From: a virus | Taxonomy: Duplodnaviria > Caudoviricetes | DNA length: 64,000 nucleotides | IMG/VR virus record: IMGVR_UViG_3300032237_000764 | Coordinates: 1-64,000 of that record | Direction: 5' to 3' (one strand) | Shown here: positions 20,179 through 30,565 of the stretch, piece by piece | Layout of the letters: each line of letters starts with the position of its first letter | How positions within the stretch are numbered: the stretch's first letter is position 1 | Program-made: the position numbers and the translations under genes | The notes under the pieces: model-generated | Told to the model about the DNA's origin: nothing | Seen by the model: the letters and a program-made list of their open reading frames with translations, nothing else | Databases searched by the model: none

Positions 20179-21237
20179 ATGGACCCAATCACATCAGAAG
20201 ATCGTAAAAAGTTATTTTCTATGTTTCAAAACATGGAATTAAACAACAAACCTGTTGAACGTGTTTCAAACAGTGAAGTTCTTTTGGTTGATGGGTTAAA
20301 TTGTTTTTTTAGATCATTTATGGCTGTACCAAGCCTTAATGACAATGGCTTACACGTTGGAGGCATAGCTGGTTTTTTACAAAGTATTGGCTATGCCTCC
20401 AAACTTTTAAATCCAACTCGTATTGTCATCGTTTTCGATGGCAGCGGCGGCAGCATGAAGCGCAGAAAAATATTTCCAGAATACAAAGAGCGCAGAAAAA
20501 CCAATATAAAATATAATAGAAGTTATGAGGAATTAACAACAGATGAACAAGAAGATAGAAATATTCAATCCCAGTTGTTGCGACTGATTGGATATCTTGA
20601 TGCATTGCCTGTGACTGTTATGAGTGTCGATCATGTAGAAGCAGACGACACAATTGCATACGCGGCAAATGAATATTTTAAAGATAGTAATAAAGTATAT
20701 ATAATGAGCACAGACAAGGATTATTTACAATTGGTCAATAATAAAATCAATGTATGGAGTCCAACAAAAAAGAAACTCTATGGATGTGCTGAAATTTTAT
20801 TGGAATATGGTATTAGTTGTGAAAACTTTTTAAATTACAGAATACTCAGTGGTGATGAAAGTGATAATATTGATGGAATACAAGGCAGTGGATTAAAAAC
20901 TGTATTAAAGTGTTTTCCACAATTTGCCGAACATACTACAATGTCCCTTGAACAGATATACACACATTGCGAACAGAACAAAAAAAAATATAAACTCTAC
21001 TCTACTATTTTGGAAAACAAGAGTATTGTTGAAAGAAATTATGCACTGATGCAATTGAAAGATACACAGTTGCAATCATTTACACAATTACGTGTTAATG
21101 AAATACTTAATAAACCTATTGGAATATTAAATCGAATGCGTTTTAGCAAATTGATTGCAGAAGACAGAATGTGGAATAATATAAAGAATCATCATACTTG
21201 GTTATCGGATACTTTTGGTCGATTGATCGCCTCTTAA
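20179..21237 (+). CDS. 5'-3' exonuclease / flap endonuclease (T4 RNase H-like)
   Basis: LLVDG, VFDG, YKERR, EADD, STDKD, GDESDNIDGIQGSGLKT. Confidence 0.9.
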   Translation: MDPITSEDRKKLFSMFQNMELNNKPVERVSNSEVLLVDGLNCFFRSFMAVPSLNDNGLHVGGIAGFLQSIGYASKLLNPTRIVIVFDGSGGSMKRRKIFPEYKERRKTNIKYNRSYEELTTDEQEDRNIQSQLLRLIGYLDALPVTVMSVDHVEADDTIAYAANEYFKDSNKVYIMSTDKDYLQLVNNKINVWSPTKKKLYGCAEILLEYGISCENFLNYRILSGDESDNIDGIQGSGLKTVLKCFPQFAEHTTMSLEQIYTHCEQNKKKYKLYSTILENKSIVERNYALMQLKDTQLQSFTQLRVNEILNKPIGILNRMRFSKLIAEDRMWNNIKNHHTWLSDTFGRLIAS

Positions 21238-21330
21238 ATTTCCGAATATAATAAGTTGCGGAATTGAAAAGTATCGTCTATAGTAGACGCTCGCTTAGAG
21301 AAAGTTTGTAGAAACTATAACACATATTAT

Positions 21331-22719
21331 ATGAACGTAATCGATAATCTAAAAAAGTTCGGACCCGAATTTCAACTTAAGTGTATCAGCGGCTTAATTA
21401 GTGATAAGCCATTCATGGAGCGTATCAATGACATTGTTGATCCTCTTAGTTTTGAAAGTGATGCAAATCAATGGATTGTTAAGACCGCTCTCAAATATTT
21501 TTTGAAATTTAAGGAGCTACCCACATTAACTGCTTTTCAGGTTGAAATTGATGCAGTTGAACAAGAGGAATTGAAAAATCAAGTTGTAACACAGTTGCGA
21601 TTGGTTTTTAATAAAATCACAGACAGTGATTTGATGTATGTCAAAGAGCAATTTTTGGAGTTCTGTCGAAATCAGACTTTGAAGAATGCAATCATGGAGA
21701 GTGTTGAGCATTTGCAACGTGGTCATTACGAAAAGATTAAAAGCGTTGTTGACCATGCCATGAAAGCTGGTATGGAGCGCAATATCGGCCATGATTATAT
21801 GGTAGACGTGGAAAAACGTATGAGCGTAATGTCTCGAAATACTATTTCCACCAAGTGGCCTGTTGTTGACCAAATCATGGATGGTGGTCTAGCTGCTGGT
21901 GAAATGGGAATTGTAACTGCATGCGCCGGATCTGGTAAGAGTTGGGTATTGGCTAAACTTGGTGCTGAAGCCATGAGACAGGGTAAAAATGTTCTTCATT
22001 TTACTCTTGAATTGAATGAAAATTATGTTGGTTTGCGTTATGACGCATGCTTTACCGGTATTGATTTCCAAAATATTCGAAATAATATTGGTTTTGTAAA
22101 GGATCGTATTGCTAATGTTCCCGGCAAATTGATCATTAAATATTTTCCAATTAAAACTGTTAGTGCTCACAACTTGAAGGCACATGCAGAGCGATTGGAG
22201 ATGTTGGGTACAAAGATTGATATGATGGTAGTGGATTATGCAGATATTCTACGTCCATTTCAATCTGATCGTAACGCAAATAGCTATAGCGAAGCAGGTG
22301 GTATTTACGAAGAACTACGTGCTGTTGCAGGCGAATTGCAAATTCCTATTTGGACCGCTTCACAAAGCAATCGCGCCGGTATGGAAGAAGACGTATTAAC
22401 TGCAATGAATATTAGCGATAGTTATCGTAAAATCATGACGGCAGATTTTGTATTATCTGTAAGTCGCAAGATGCAAGATAAACAAGCAAATACTGCTCGT
22501 TTTCATATCATTAAAAATCGATTCGGTCCTGACGGTTTGACATTTCCTGCCCTTATGAATGCTGGTTGTGGAGATATTCAGCTATTTGATGAAGGTAGCC
22601 GCGAAGGTGCTGCGCTGATTAATGAAATGAATCAAAGCGAAAATATTGTGAAAAAGATGTTGAAAAGTAAGTGGGACGAACACATGGGTCGTAATCGTGA
22701 AGACGATGTAGACAACTAA
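21331..22719 (+). CDS. DnaB-like replicative helicase (gp41-like)
   Basis: AGSGKS, FTLE, VVDYAD, TASQSNR, KNRFG. Confidence 0.9.
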   Translation: MNVIDNLKKFGPEFQLKCISGLISDKPFMERINDIVDPLSFESDANQWIVKTALKYFLKFKELPTLTAFQVEIDAVEQEELKNQVVTQLRLVFNKITDSDLMYVKEQFLEFCRNQTLKNAIMESVEHLQRGHYEKIKSVVDHAMKAGMERNIGHDYMVDVEKRMSVMSRNTISTKWPVVDQIMDGGLAAGEMGIVTACAGSGKSWVLAKLGAEAMRQGKNVLHFTLELNENYVGLRYDACFTGIDFQNIRNNIGFVKDRIANVPGKLIIKYFPIKTVSAHNLKAHAERLEMLGTKIDMMVVDYADILRPFQSDRNANSYSEAGGIYEELRAVAGELQIPIWTASQSNRAGMEEDVLTAMNISDSYRKIMTADFVLSVSRKMQDKQANTARFHIIKNRFGPDGLTFPALMNAGCGDIQLFDEGSREGAALINEMNQSENIVKKMLKSKWDEHMGRNREDDVDN

Positions 22720-22837
22720 ACCATAGCAAATACAAATATTAAAATGTAAAAAATAATTTTTTAATTGAAATTATTTTTTACAATAATACAACCGTAATCA
22801 ATAATTATTTTCACACAGATTAGTTTTATAAAAGTAT

Positions 22838-24802
22838 ATGAATTCAATAGATATTTTAGAAGAAATGGCCAATTTTACGTTCACAACTAAATATGCAAAA
22901 TATGACGAAAAGAAAAAACGACGTGAAACTTGGGAAGAAACAGTTCAGCGGGTGGAAAAAATGCACCTAAAAAAATATAGTTTTCTTAGTGATTCTGATA
23001 AAGCAGAGATTACCGAAGCATTTGATTTTGTTCGTGCTAAAAAAGTAACTCCGTCTATGAGATCGATGCAATTTGCTGGAAAGGCAATCGAGGCACACAA
23101 TTGTCGAATATACAATTGCGGTGTTCGTCATATTGACTCGGCACGAAGCATTGCCGAGTCATTCTACGCATTATTATGCGGAACTGGTGTAGGATTCGGT
23201 CTAACATATAGATTTTTGAACAGATTCCCAAATTTGGTTAATGCCGCCGATAAAACGGGCACTGTCATAACATACGTTGTACAAGACTCAATCGAGGGAT
23301 GGTCTGATTCGATTGAAGCGTTGCTAAATTGTTATTTGAAAAACACGGCATATAGTGGAAGAAAAATTGTTTTTGACTATAGTAAAATTCGTCCAAAGGG
23401 AGCAAAACTTAAAATTGGTGGCGGCAAAGCACCCGGATACAAGGGTTTGAAAAATTGTCATTCAAAAGTAAAAGGATTGCTTGACAATCTTATTGAAGAA
23501 AAAAATAGAATTTCTTTGAAAACAATTGATGTGTACGACATATTAATGCATTGCGCAGATGCGGTATTGAGCGGCGGCATCAGAAGAAGTGCATGTTCTG
23601 TTATTTTTGATGCAGATGACGAGGATATGATGAATGCAAAAACTGGAAATTGGTATGAACAAAATCCTCAACGCGCCCGCTCTAATAATTCCGCAATTAT
23701 TATACGAGAAAAAACATCATTTGATGAATTCAAAAATTTGATCGAAAAAACAAAAGAGTTTGGAGAACCCGGATTTTTGTATGTAGAAAATAAAAACCAA
23801 TTATTGAATCCTTGCTTTGAAATATCTTTCATTCCATTAACAGAGGATATGCAGTGTGGGTTTCAATTTTGCAATTTGACTAGTATCAATGGCGCAAAAG
23901 TAACTTCCTTGGATGAATTTAAAAAAGCTTCCCGTGCGGCCAGTTTGATCGGAACATTACAAGCTGGATACACATCGTTTCCTTATTTGAGCAACGCATC
24001 CGAAGTGCTTACCAAAGAAGAGGCGTTATTAGGCGTGAGCATCACGGGTATGATGGATAATCCAGATGTATTATTCGACCCGGAAAATCAAAAACAAGCT
24101 GCTGAAATTGCGGTCGAAACAAACAAAACTTGGGCATCCAAGTTGCATATAAATCCAGCAGCGAGAGTCACTTGCGTCAAACCCGAAGGAACAAATAGCA
24201 TAGTTCTTTCATCTGCTAGTGGAATTCATCCGCATCACAGTCGCAAATATTTTAGACGCATACAATGTAATAAATTAGATAATGTTTATAAGTATTTTAA
24301 TTTATCTAATTCACATGCATGCGAACCGTCGATGTGGAGTGCAAATAAAACAGATGACGTAATTACGTTTCCAATTGAAGTCGGTGAAAACGTAAAAATA
24401 AAAAGCGATTTTACGGCTATTCAACATCTTGAACTCATCAAGCTGACTCAAAAAAATTGGGTGGAGGCAGGCACAACGGACACAAACAAAAAACCACTGC
24501 ATCACTCGGTGAGTTGCACGGTCATCGTTAGGGACCACGAATGGAGTGATGTAGAAAAATATTTGTACCAAAATCAAAAATATTTTACAGCCGTGTCACT
24601 GCTCCCATTTACAGGCGATAAAATATACAAACAAGCTCCTATGGAAGCAGTGGTTACAGACGAAGATCAGAAAAAATTTGATGACTTGGTTAAAAATTGG
24701 ACACTTGTTAATTATAAAAAATTAGAAGAACTTGAAGACGAAACAACGCATACGTCAGAAGTTAGTTGTGTAAACGGTCAATGTGAACTGAAATCAATAT
24801 AA
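22838..24802 (+). CDS. nrdJ: Class II (adenosylcobalamin) ribonucleotide reductase, monomeric RTPR type
   Basis: PSMRSMQF, YNC, GGIRRSA, NPCFEI, CNLT, VKPEGT, C-terminal CVNGQC; no beta subunit nearby. Confidence 0.88.
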   Translation: MNSIDILEEMANFTFTTKYAKYDEKKKRRETWEETVQRVEKMHLKKYSFLSDSDKAEITEAFDFVRAKKVTPSMRSMQFAGKAIEAHNCRIYNCGVRHIDSARSIAESFYALLCGTGVGFGLTYRFLNRFPNLVNAADKTGTVITYVVQDSIEGWSDSIEALLNCYLKNTAYSGRKIVFDYSKIRPKGAKLKIGGGKAPGYKGLKNCHSKVKGLLDNLIEEKNRISLKTIDVYDILMHCADAVLSGGIRRSACSVIFDADDEDMMNAKTGNWYEQNPQRARSNNSAIIIREKTSFDEFKNLIEKTKEFGEPGFLYVENKNQLLNPCFEISFIPLTEDMQCGFQFCNLTSINGAKVTSLDEFKKASRAASLIGTLQAGYTSFPYLSNASEVLTKEEALLGVSITGMMDNPDVLFDPENQKQAAEIAVETNKTWASKLHINPAARVTCVKPEGTNSIVLSSASGIHPHHSRKYFRRIQCNKLDNVYKYFNLSNSHACEPSMWSANKTDDVITFPIEVGENVKIKSDFTAIQHLELIKLTQKNWVEAGTTDTNKKPLHHSVSCTVIVRDHEWSDVEKYLYQNQKYFTAVSLLPFTGDKIYKQAPMEAVVTDEDQKKFDDLVKNWTLVNYKKLEELEDETTHTSEVSCVNGQCELKSI

Positions 24803-24827
24803 AAAGATAGTATATCCGACACAGATC

Positions 24828-24860
24828 AAAAAATCCCGACAATTATGTTGGGATTTTTTT
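24828..24860 (+). terminator. Rho-independent terminator
   Basis: AAAAAATCCCGACA-ATTA-TGTTGGGATTTTTTT. Confidence 0.8.
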
Positions 24861-24929
24861 GTTTGTATAGTCAAAAATAATACGCTGTATCTTATATTTG
24901 TCTATATTTATATTAAGATTATCATATAT

Positions 24930-25589
24930 ATGAACAAAAAACAATTAGATACGCTTATTCTTGAATGCATTAAAGAACACCAGTTAAAAAATGCTTTGAA
25001 GCAATTAGTTGTTGAATCGATTCAAGAAATTAAGGCTGAAAAGAAACTAAGCTGCCAAGAAATGATGGACGAATTGGATAGTGAAGTTAAAAAAGAAAAT
25101 AAAGAATCGAGCGTTACAAAAGACGATGCTGGTTATTATAATGTATGTGGATGCCCGCCTCATATGATTAAATTAAAGCATATGTATGAAGATCGCTTTA
25201 ATATTACCTATTTCAAAGACGGAACAGATCGTACTCGTAAAGTTTCTTTGCCATTTGAAGACGTTAAAAAATTTGTAAAAGAAGTTCTTGGTAAAAAGAC
25301 AAATAATTATTTAGAGAAAGCATGCAATAAAATTGCTGGCAATAATAAAGACAAAGAGACCAAGAGCGGTGATGACGTAATTAAGCGTGTTGGTGAAAAA
25401 GCAAAAGATATGGTAGAAAAGAAAGATGATTTGCCAGATCAGCCATTTAAAACAGTAGATTCTATCAAAAAGCAAAGCGAACATAGTGTTAAAGGTAAAA
25501 AACAAGAATATAAGTATCCAAAACAAAAAAATAACAAATTGACTGTCAAATTGCCAGAAATGAAGTCAAGAAAATCAAAAAAGTCTTAA
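24930..25589 (+). CDS. Hypothetical K/E-rich protein
   Basis: 219 aa ORF. Confidence 0.7.
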   Translation: MNKKQLDTLILECIKEHQLKNALKQLVVESIQEIKAEKKLSCQEMMDELDSEVKKENKESSVTKDDAGYYNVCGCPPHMIKLKHMYEDRFNITYFKDGTDRTRKVSLPFEDVKKFVKEVLGKKTNNYLEKACNKIAGNNKDKETKSGDDVIKRVGEKAKDMVEKKDDLPDQPFKTVDSIKKQSEHSVKGKKQEYKYPKQKNNKLTVKLPEMKSRKSKKS

Positions 25590-25646
25590 GTTTATAAAAA
25601 TCAACAACTTAAAACAAAGCGCATTAAAAAAAGACGCGCTTTTTTA

Positions 25647-25675
25647 TTGACATCTTATGTTACTTCTTCTATAGT
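25647..25675 (+). promoter_or_regulatory. Sigma70-like promoter
   Basis: TTGACA-17-TATAGT. Confidence 0.7.
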
Positions 25676-25745
25676 TGTACTTGTAATCGCACTATCATAT
25701 ATCGGAATATCAAAATAGTGCAATTCATTAATCAAATAATTAAAT

Positions 25746-26129
25746 ATGAGTAATATAATTAAAAAAACAAACCGTAAAAACAAGACTAATCTAACTGTCA
25801 ACTGGCTCGATGGTTTTTTTACAATTGAAGAGTTGCATGCTGTAAATTCTACTTTTGTTGAAATTACACTTCGTTCACATGTGAATGCTGCAAAGAAAGA
25901 AAATAAAATTGCTGAGATTGGGTGCAAGCACAACGACAAGGGACGTCCAAAACTGGTGTTTGCTGTCGTTCCGGTTACAAATGAAGTATTGGAAGCGGCG
26001 CGGCAAGCTGGAGTTATTTTCAATGAGAATTATGACAGTATCCCGGTTATCAGTGTTGATGCTGTCAAAATTGCTATTGACGAGGAAGCAACATCAGTAG
26101 ATGTGATGACTGATAACATTAATGCCTGA
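25746..26129 (+). CDS. Hypothetical protein, possible winged-helix DNA-binding
   Basis: FTIEEL...ITLRSHV...GRPKLVF wing-like motif; own promoter and terminator. Confidence 0.6.
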   Translation: MSNIIKKTNRKNKTNLTVNWLDGFFTIEELHAVNSTFVEITLRSHVNAAKKENKIAEIGCKHNDKGRPKLVFAVVPVTNEVLEAARQAGVIFNENYDSIPVISVDAVKIAIDEEATSVDVMTDNINA

Positions 26130-26145
26130 GAAAAAATCAATTGTG

Positions 26146-26189
26146 AAAATACCGTATATGGTGACTTTATTATCATATACGGTATTTTT
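26146..26189. terminator. Bidirectional terminator between convergent genes
   Basis: AAAATACCGTATATG...CATATACGGTATTTT. Confidence 0.8.
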
Positions 26190-26286
26190 ATTTATCCGTT
26201 TCCAAGTTAACTGAGAAAATATATTTTTCGAATATGACATGTGTATGTATAATTACGAAGAATATTGTATTGGTAAATTACATGTA

Positions 26287-26592
26287 TTATTTTGATGGTA
26301 AAATTGAATAAAACGGTGATTGTGGAGTGTATTTAATACCATCTTCAGATAAAGTATATACTTTTAAAATTGTTTTTTCGTATTGTTTTTTGTCTGCTTC
26401 TTTTTTAATAAATTTCAAAATAGCTTCCATTTTGATTCTATCTTTTCCCATATACATTGGTTGTTCTTTTTCTAATTCTGTTTCTAATAACAAATAAACA
26501 TTATTTGGATATATAATTAAAGAAAATGGCTGGTCAATATTTTTTGGACAATACATTGTGTTCATATATAATAATAAATAGAGATTTTTCAT
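26287..26592 (-). CDS. Hypothetical protein (start uncertain)
   Basis: ORF on the minus strand converging on the terminator. Confidence 0.5.
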   Translation of the reverse strand: MKNLYLLLYMNTMYCPKNIDQPFSLIIYPNNVYLLLETELEKEQPMYMGKDRIKMEAILKFIKKEADKKQYEKTILKVYTLSEDGIKYTPQSPFYSILPSK

Positions 26593-26620
26593 GTAATTGT
26601 TATATTTATATGATAGCATA

Positions 26621-26998
26621 ATGATCAACTTTATCAAAGATAATCGATTTCCAACATTTTTGGATAAATTAACTAGCGTATCTCGTAATGAAACGAATGC
26701 ATCCTATGTTGATTTGAGTCCAGATGATATATTTGATGGAGATATTGGAACGATCTTGATAAAAAACGGCAGCGACATTCTGTATAAAAAAAATTCAGAC
26801 AGTGATTTTGTTAATTTATCTCAATTATTTCCATATATTGTTGCTCCCAGAAAATATTTATTGGAACAGGGACTCAATAAAAAAGTTACATGGGTCAAAA
26901 ATACTTCTTCGGCGTCCAAGATTTGGAAATTTTTAGGATATACGTGTCCGTTTAATACAGTATGTAATCCATGTCCGACTGTTTACTATTACGCTTGA
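26621..26998 (+). CDS. Hypothetical protein
   Basis: ATG at 26621 preceded by ATATTTAT motif; Cys-rich end. Confidence 0.6.
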   Translation: MINFIKDNRFPTFLDKLTSVSRNETNASYVDLSPDDIFDGDIGTILIKNGSDILYKKNSDSDFVNLSQLFPYIVAPRKYLLEQGLNKKVTWVKNTSSASKIWKFLGYTCPFNTVCNPCPTVYYYA

Positions 26999-27023
26999 CG
27001 TTGTTATAAAACTGTCCTATCGT
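26995..27023 (+). promoter_or_regulatory. Sigma70-like promoter, probably leaderless
   Basis: TTGACG-17-TATCGT, ATG 7 nt downstream. Confidence 0.6.
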
Positions 27024-27030
27024 GCGAGTC

Positions 27031-27954
27031 ATGAAACGCTATGGACTTTGTTGTATCAGCCTCGCTCTGCAAGATCGAGGATTCAAATCTTCCACTATGA
27101 CCAAAACTAGATTTTTGCAATTAAATCGCAAAGAAGCAGAAAAAATCGTGGCGGAACGTACTCTTAACAATGTTATGGTTGCACGCAAAACTATTGAGTT
27201 TTGTGCTCAAAAAAACTGGAATTATCGCATTAGCAGCGGCATGATGCCACTCGAAACATTGCCTGACGTTAATCTGCTTATTGAAAATACACACAATTTC
27301 AACGGCATTCAAAACGAATTCAATTTGGCTTCATCTGCAATTAAAAAGAACAATGTGCGTTGTAGTACGCATCCAGATCAATTTGTCGTACCTGCATCTG
27401 CTAATCCAATGGTTGCATCAAAAAGTGTAATTGAACTTAATATGCATGGTAAAATGATGGATATGTTTGGTTTAAGTAAAGATTACAATAGTCCAATCAA
27501 TATTCATATGAATTGTTTCAAAGGTGGCGATTTAAAAGACACAGCCAAGCGGTTTATTGATGTATATAATGAATTGCAACAGAATGTTAAGTCTCGGCTT
27601 GTATTGGAATTAGAAGATAAACCCAACAGTTGGGGATTATTTAATTTACTAAAATATATTCATGAACCAATTGGAATTCCAATTACATACGACTCGCTTC
27701 ATTTTCGTTTAAATAATCCCGAAAATATACAACCTTCAGAAGCAATTAAATTATGTATTAAAACATGGGGAAAATATCGTCCACTTTTTCATTATAGCAA
27801 TGGAAAATCTTCTTCCACCGATAGAGCACATTCAGATTATGTATACGAATTACATACAGAGCTTTTTGAACACGACATTGACATTGAATTTGAATTTAAA
27901 ATGAAAGATCATGCAATTGAAAAGTTTATATCAGATTATCCTGCTTTAAATTGA
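27031..27954 (+). CDS. uvsE: UV damage endonuclease (UvdE/UvsE)
   Basis: GLCC, YRISS, STHPDQF, INIH, LELED, YDSLH, HYS, AHSD, EFKMKD. Confidence 0.9.
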   Translation: MKRYGLCCISLALQDRGFKSSTMTKTRFLQLNRKEAEKIVAERTLNNVMVARKTIEFCAQKNWNYRISSGMMPLETLPDVNLLIENTHNFNGIQNEFNLASSAIKKNNVRCSTHPDQFVVPASANPMVASKSVIELNMHGKMMDMFGLSKDYNSPINIHMNCFKGGDLKDTAKRFIDVYNELQQNVKSRLVLELEDKPNSWGLFNLLKYIHEPIGIPITYDSLHFRLNNPENIQPSEAIKLCIKTWGKYRPLFHYSNGKSSSTDRAHSDYVYELHTELFEHDIDIEFEFKMKDHAIEKFISDYPALN

Positions 27955-27990
27955 TTTGCAAATCATAGACTATTATGACATACTACGCGG

Positions 27991-28233
27991 GTGATAAAAA
28001 ATATAAAACATATGAATACAAATCAAAATAATCGTAATTATTTAATTACAAATTCACATCGCGACTTTACTGTTGAGTTTTCAACTTCGTTTCCATCTGC
28101 GAAGCGAGCCAAGACCTTAACAATAAGAACAGCGAATCAAACACTTAAATTGAATGGTCATCAGATCAACATTCTCAAACGAGTTCTTGCAAAAGAAATT
28201 GCATTAAATGGTTTAAAGGCTACTATTTATTGA
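27991..28233 (+). CDS. Hypothetical protein
   Basis: 80 aa ORF; TTGCAA-17-CATACT lies 6 nt before the GTG (alternative ATG at 28012). Confidence 0.55.
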   Translation: MIKNIKHMNTNQNNRNYLITNSHRDFTVEFSTSFPSAKRAKTLTIRTANQTLKLNGHQINILKRVLAKEIALNGLKATIY

Positions 28234-28238
28234 TAGTT

Positions 28239-28391
28239 ATGGGGAAAACATATCGACGTGATTCAGATAGAAAATTTAAAAATTTTCAAAAAGGTAAATC
28301 TAAACCAAAGAAATTAAAACACGATCAAGATGAACCTAAATTTCAAAAGCATTTGAAAGTATCTGACGAAGACGTAGATAACGAATATTAA
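28239..28391 (+). CDS. Small basic protein (50 aa, not in ORF track)
   Basis: MGKTYRRDSDRKFKNFQKGKSKPKK...DNEY; fills the intergenic gap. Confidence 0.6.
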   Translation: MGKTYRRDSDRKFKNFQKGKSKPKKLKHDQDEPKFQKHLKVSDEDVDNEY

Positions 28392-28404
28392 AACATTATA
28401 CGTC

Positions 28405-28740
28405 ATGATAATCTCGATTGTCATGAAATTTCATTTTATGGAAATAATTGTTACATTAATTGTTGGTATATCTCTTTTTATTTATTTCAAGCAAGAGATA
28501 AAAAAAATCAACTCTCGTATTGACACGATGGAAAAGTTGATTCCTGATGAAATAGAATATAAAAAGCATAAAGAAGATGTAAAAACTTTATATCAGAACC
28601 AAACCATGTTATTGTCACTGATGAACGCTGTGAGAGTTAGAATCAATAATTTTTATGCCAAAAAGCTTAAAGAACCAAGACTCAAATCCGCAGGATTTGA
28701 GTCAACCAAAGAATTCGACGAAATCCAAGACAGTGTTTGA
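28405..28740 (+). CDS. Hypothetical membrane-anchored coiled-coil protein
   Basis: Hydrophobic N-terminal segment followed by charged helix. Confidence 0.5.
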   Translation: MIISIVMKFHFMEIIVTLIVGISLFIYFKQEIKKINSRIDTMEKLIPDEIEYKKHKEDVKTLYQNQTMLLSLMNAVRVRINNFYAKKLKEPRLKSAGFESTKEFDEIQDSV

Positions 28741-29173
28741 TCACATCAAACATATCCGCGAATCCAAGACGCCGGATTATTATAAATCCCTAAACGAAAT
28801 CGAGCAAAAAACATTTAACAAATATGTTATTTTGATGGGTTTGAGTATGGATCAAAGTGCAATCGAAGGCGTCAGCTATATATCAAAATATTTGGATATA
28901 TTGCCTCCAAATGCATTTTATAAAGCGTGCTGTGATGTCACTCCAAAATCTACAAGATTTTGCAAGTGGATAAAATCATCAAAACAAAAGTATAGCAAAA
29001 AGCTAATTGAAATCATTGCATCATACTATAGAATTAGTAAAAGCGATGCTTATGATTATTGTGTTTCATTCTTTCAAGATGAAACACAATTGACTAATTT
29101 AATCAATTTGTGTAGTAGTGTTGGTTTTAGCGAATCACAAATTGAAAAAATGTTAGAAGGAAAAGATGAATAA
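28655..29173 (+). CDS. Clamp loader small subunit (T4 gp62-like)
   Basis: VFDHIKHI, FNKYVILMGLSMD, PKSTRFCKWIK, IASYYRISK pattern. Confidence 0.65.
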   Translation: MPKSLKNQDSNPQDLSQPKNSTKSKTVFDHIKHIRESKTPDYYKSLNEIEQKTFNKYVILMGLSMDQSAIEGVSYISKYLDILPPNAFYKACCDVTPKSTRFCKWIKSSKQKYSKKLIEIIASYYRISKSDAYDYCVSFFQDETQLTNLINLCSSVGFSESQIEKMLEGKDE

Positions 29174-29867
29174 ACAACAAATAGTCATAGGCGTCGGCGG
29201 CGTTGCAAGAGCAGGCAAAAATCTGTTTTCCGATTTGTTGGTCAAACAACTCGGACAACAATTTCATTTACATGCACAGCACTTTGCACTGGCACATGAA
29301 TTGAAAATGGATTGTCGTAATTTTATTCGTGACAAATTCAATATAAATGTATTTACGGAGAACACTGACGAAAAAAAGATATTTCGCGACATGCTGGTTT
29401 GGTATGGTGATGCTAAACGCAAGCAAAGCAACGGTCGTTATTGGATTGATAAATTAAATACTAGAATTGGCTCAGAATTTGAATGTGGCACGCCGCCAAT
29501 CGATGTTGCCATTGTCAGTGATATTCGTTATGACTTTTATGAAAATGACGAAGTTGATTATATTCGTAAAGAAAAGAATGGGATTTTTATTCATATCAGT
29601 AAATATACTTATGGATTTCCCACTGATGGCCGTGTAGTAAAGGTCGGTGGACAAACGGTAGCCAATACCAAAATATTTACAGATCCGGCAAATAGTCATG
29701 AAGCTTTAAATGATCCTAAGTTACAAAAAAAAGCAGACTATTTATTACAGTGGGAAGATATTAGTTATGGCAAAACACTGTCCTATCAGGAGTTATTGAA
29801 TAATGAATATCTCAATAACACTGTTATAAAATGTCTCAAATCAATACAACACAAAATTATCCAATAA
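29166..29867 (+). CDS. Deoxynucleoside monophosphate kinase (gp1-like)
   Basis: IGVGGVARAGKN P-loop, FALAHELK, R..LVWYG, YWI, VSDIRY. Confidence 0.75.
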   Translation: MNKQQIVIGVGGVARAGKNLFSDLLVKQLGQQFHLHAQHFALAHELKMDCRNFIRDKFNINVFTENTDEKKIFRDMLVWYGDAKRKQSNGRYWIDKLNTRIGSEFECGTPPIDVAIVSDIRYDFYENDEVDYIRKEKNGIFIHISKYTYGFPTDGRVVKVGGQTVANTKIFTDPANSHEALNDPKLQKKADYLLQWEDISYGKTLSYQELLNNEYLNNTVIKCLKSIQHKIIQ

Positions 29868-30565
29868 AATTGGTTGAATGCAAACAATCTTCTGAATTTA
29901 AACTATTTAGAGACACGATTGATCAACATCACGGTTACGTAAAATATAAAGATAGTCCTACTCGCCGCTTGTCATTTCTCGTTTACGAGAGTGCAAGCGG
30001 CAATTTTATTGGTTCTATTGGTTTAACGAGTGGCACATTGGCACTGAAATGCAGAGAAGAATATATTGGATGGAACAATGAGATCAAAATGAAACATTTG
30101 CATCAAATTGCAAATAATAGTAGATTTTGTCTAATCAAAAACAATATAACAGTTGCTAATGCCGCCAGTATGACACTCAAGCAACTGAGAACAGTGGGTG
30201 TGGATGCATGGAAAGCTAAATATAACGATGCTTTGGTTCTTTTTGAGACATTCATACTACCAGCCAGAGAAATCCAATATATAGGGCATTCTAATCGAAA
30301 TGGTGCATGTTATAAAGCCGACAACTGGATCGAAATAGGTATTACCGAAGGCAATTCGATAAAAAAGATACCACTGGTTATGTGGAAGAAAGAACGCACT
30401 GAACGCGGGCGATTAGCCAGAGAAAATTCAGAAGAATGTATGCGACAATATGCATTTTATGTCAATAACAGTGAAAAGTACGGATACAGCGTACAAACCA
30501 CTCAAAAGAAGATTGTGTTTATAAAACCGCTTGTTAAAGACTGGAAATCAATATTATTGGCGTGA
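29831..30565 (+). CDS. DUF4338/DruA-like protein (possible Mom-like GNAT)
   Basis: REEYIGW, ANNSRF, W..Y...LVLFETFI, GACYKADNWIEIGITEG. Confidence 0.7.
   Translation: MSQINTTQNYPIKLVECKQSSEFKLFRDTIDQHHGYVKYKDSPTRRLSFLVYESASGNFIGSIGLTSGTLALKCREEYIGWNNEIKMKHLHQIANNSRFCLIKNNITVANAASMTLKQLRTVGVDAWKAKYNDALVLFETFILPAREIQYIGHSNRNGACYKADNWIEIGITEGNSIKKIPLVMWKKERTERGRLARENSEECMRQYAFYVNNSEKYGYSVQTTQKKIVFIKPLVKDWKSILLA

Noticed and set aside
25616-25645. AAAGCGC...GCGCTTTTTT possible terminator
   Set aside because: Short stem with a long loop; plausible but too weak to list as a feature
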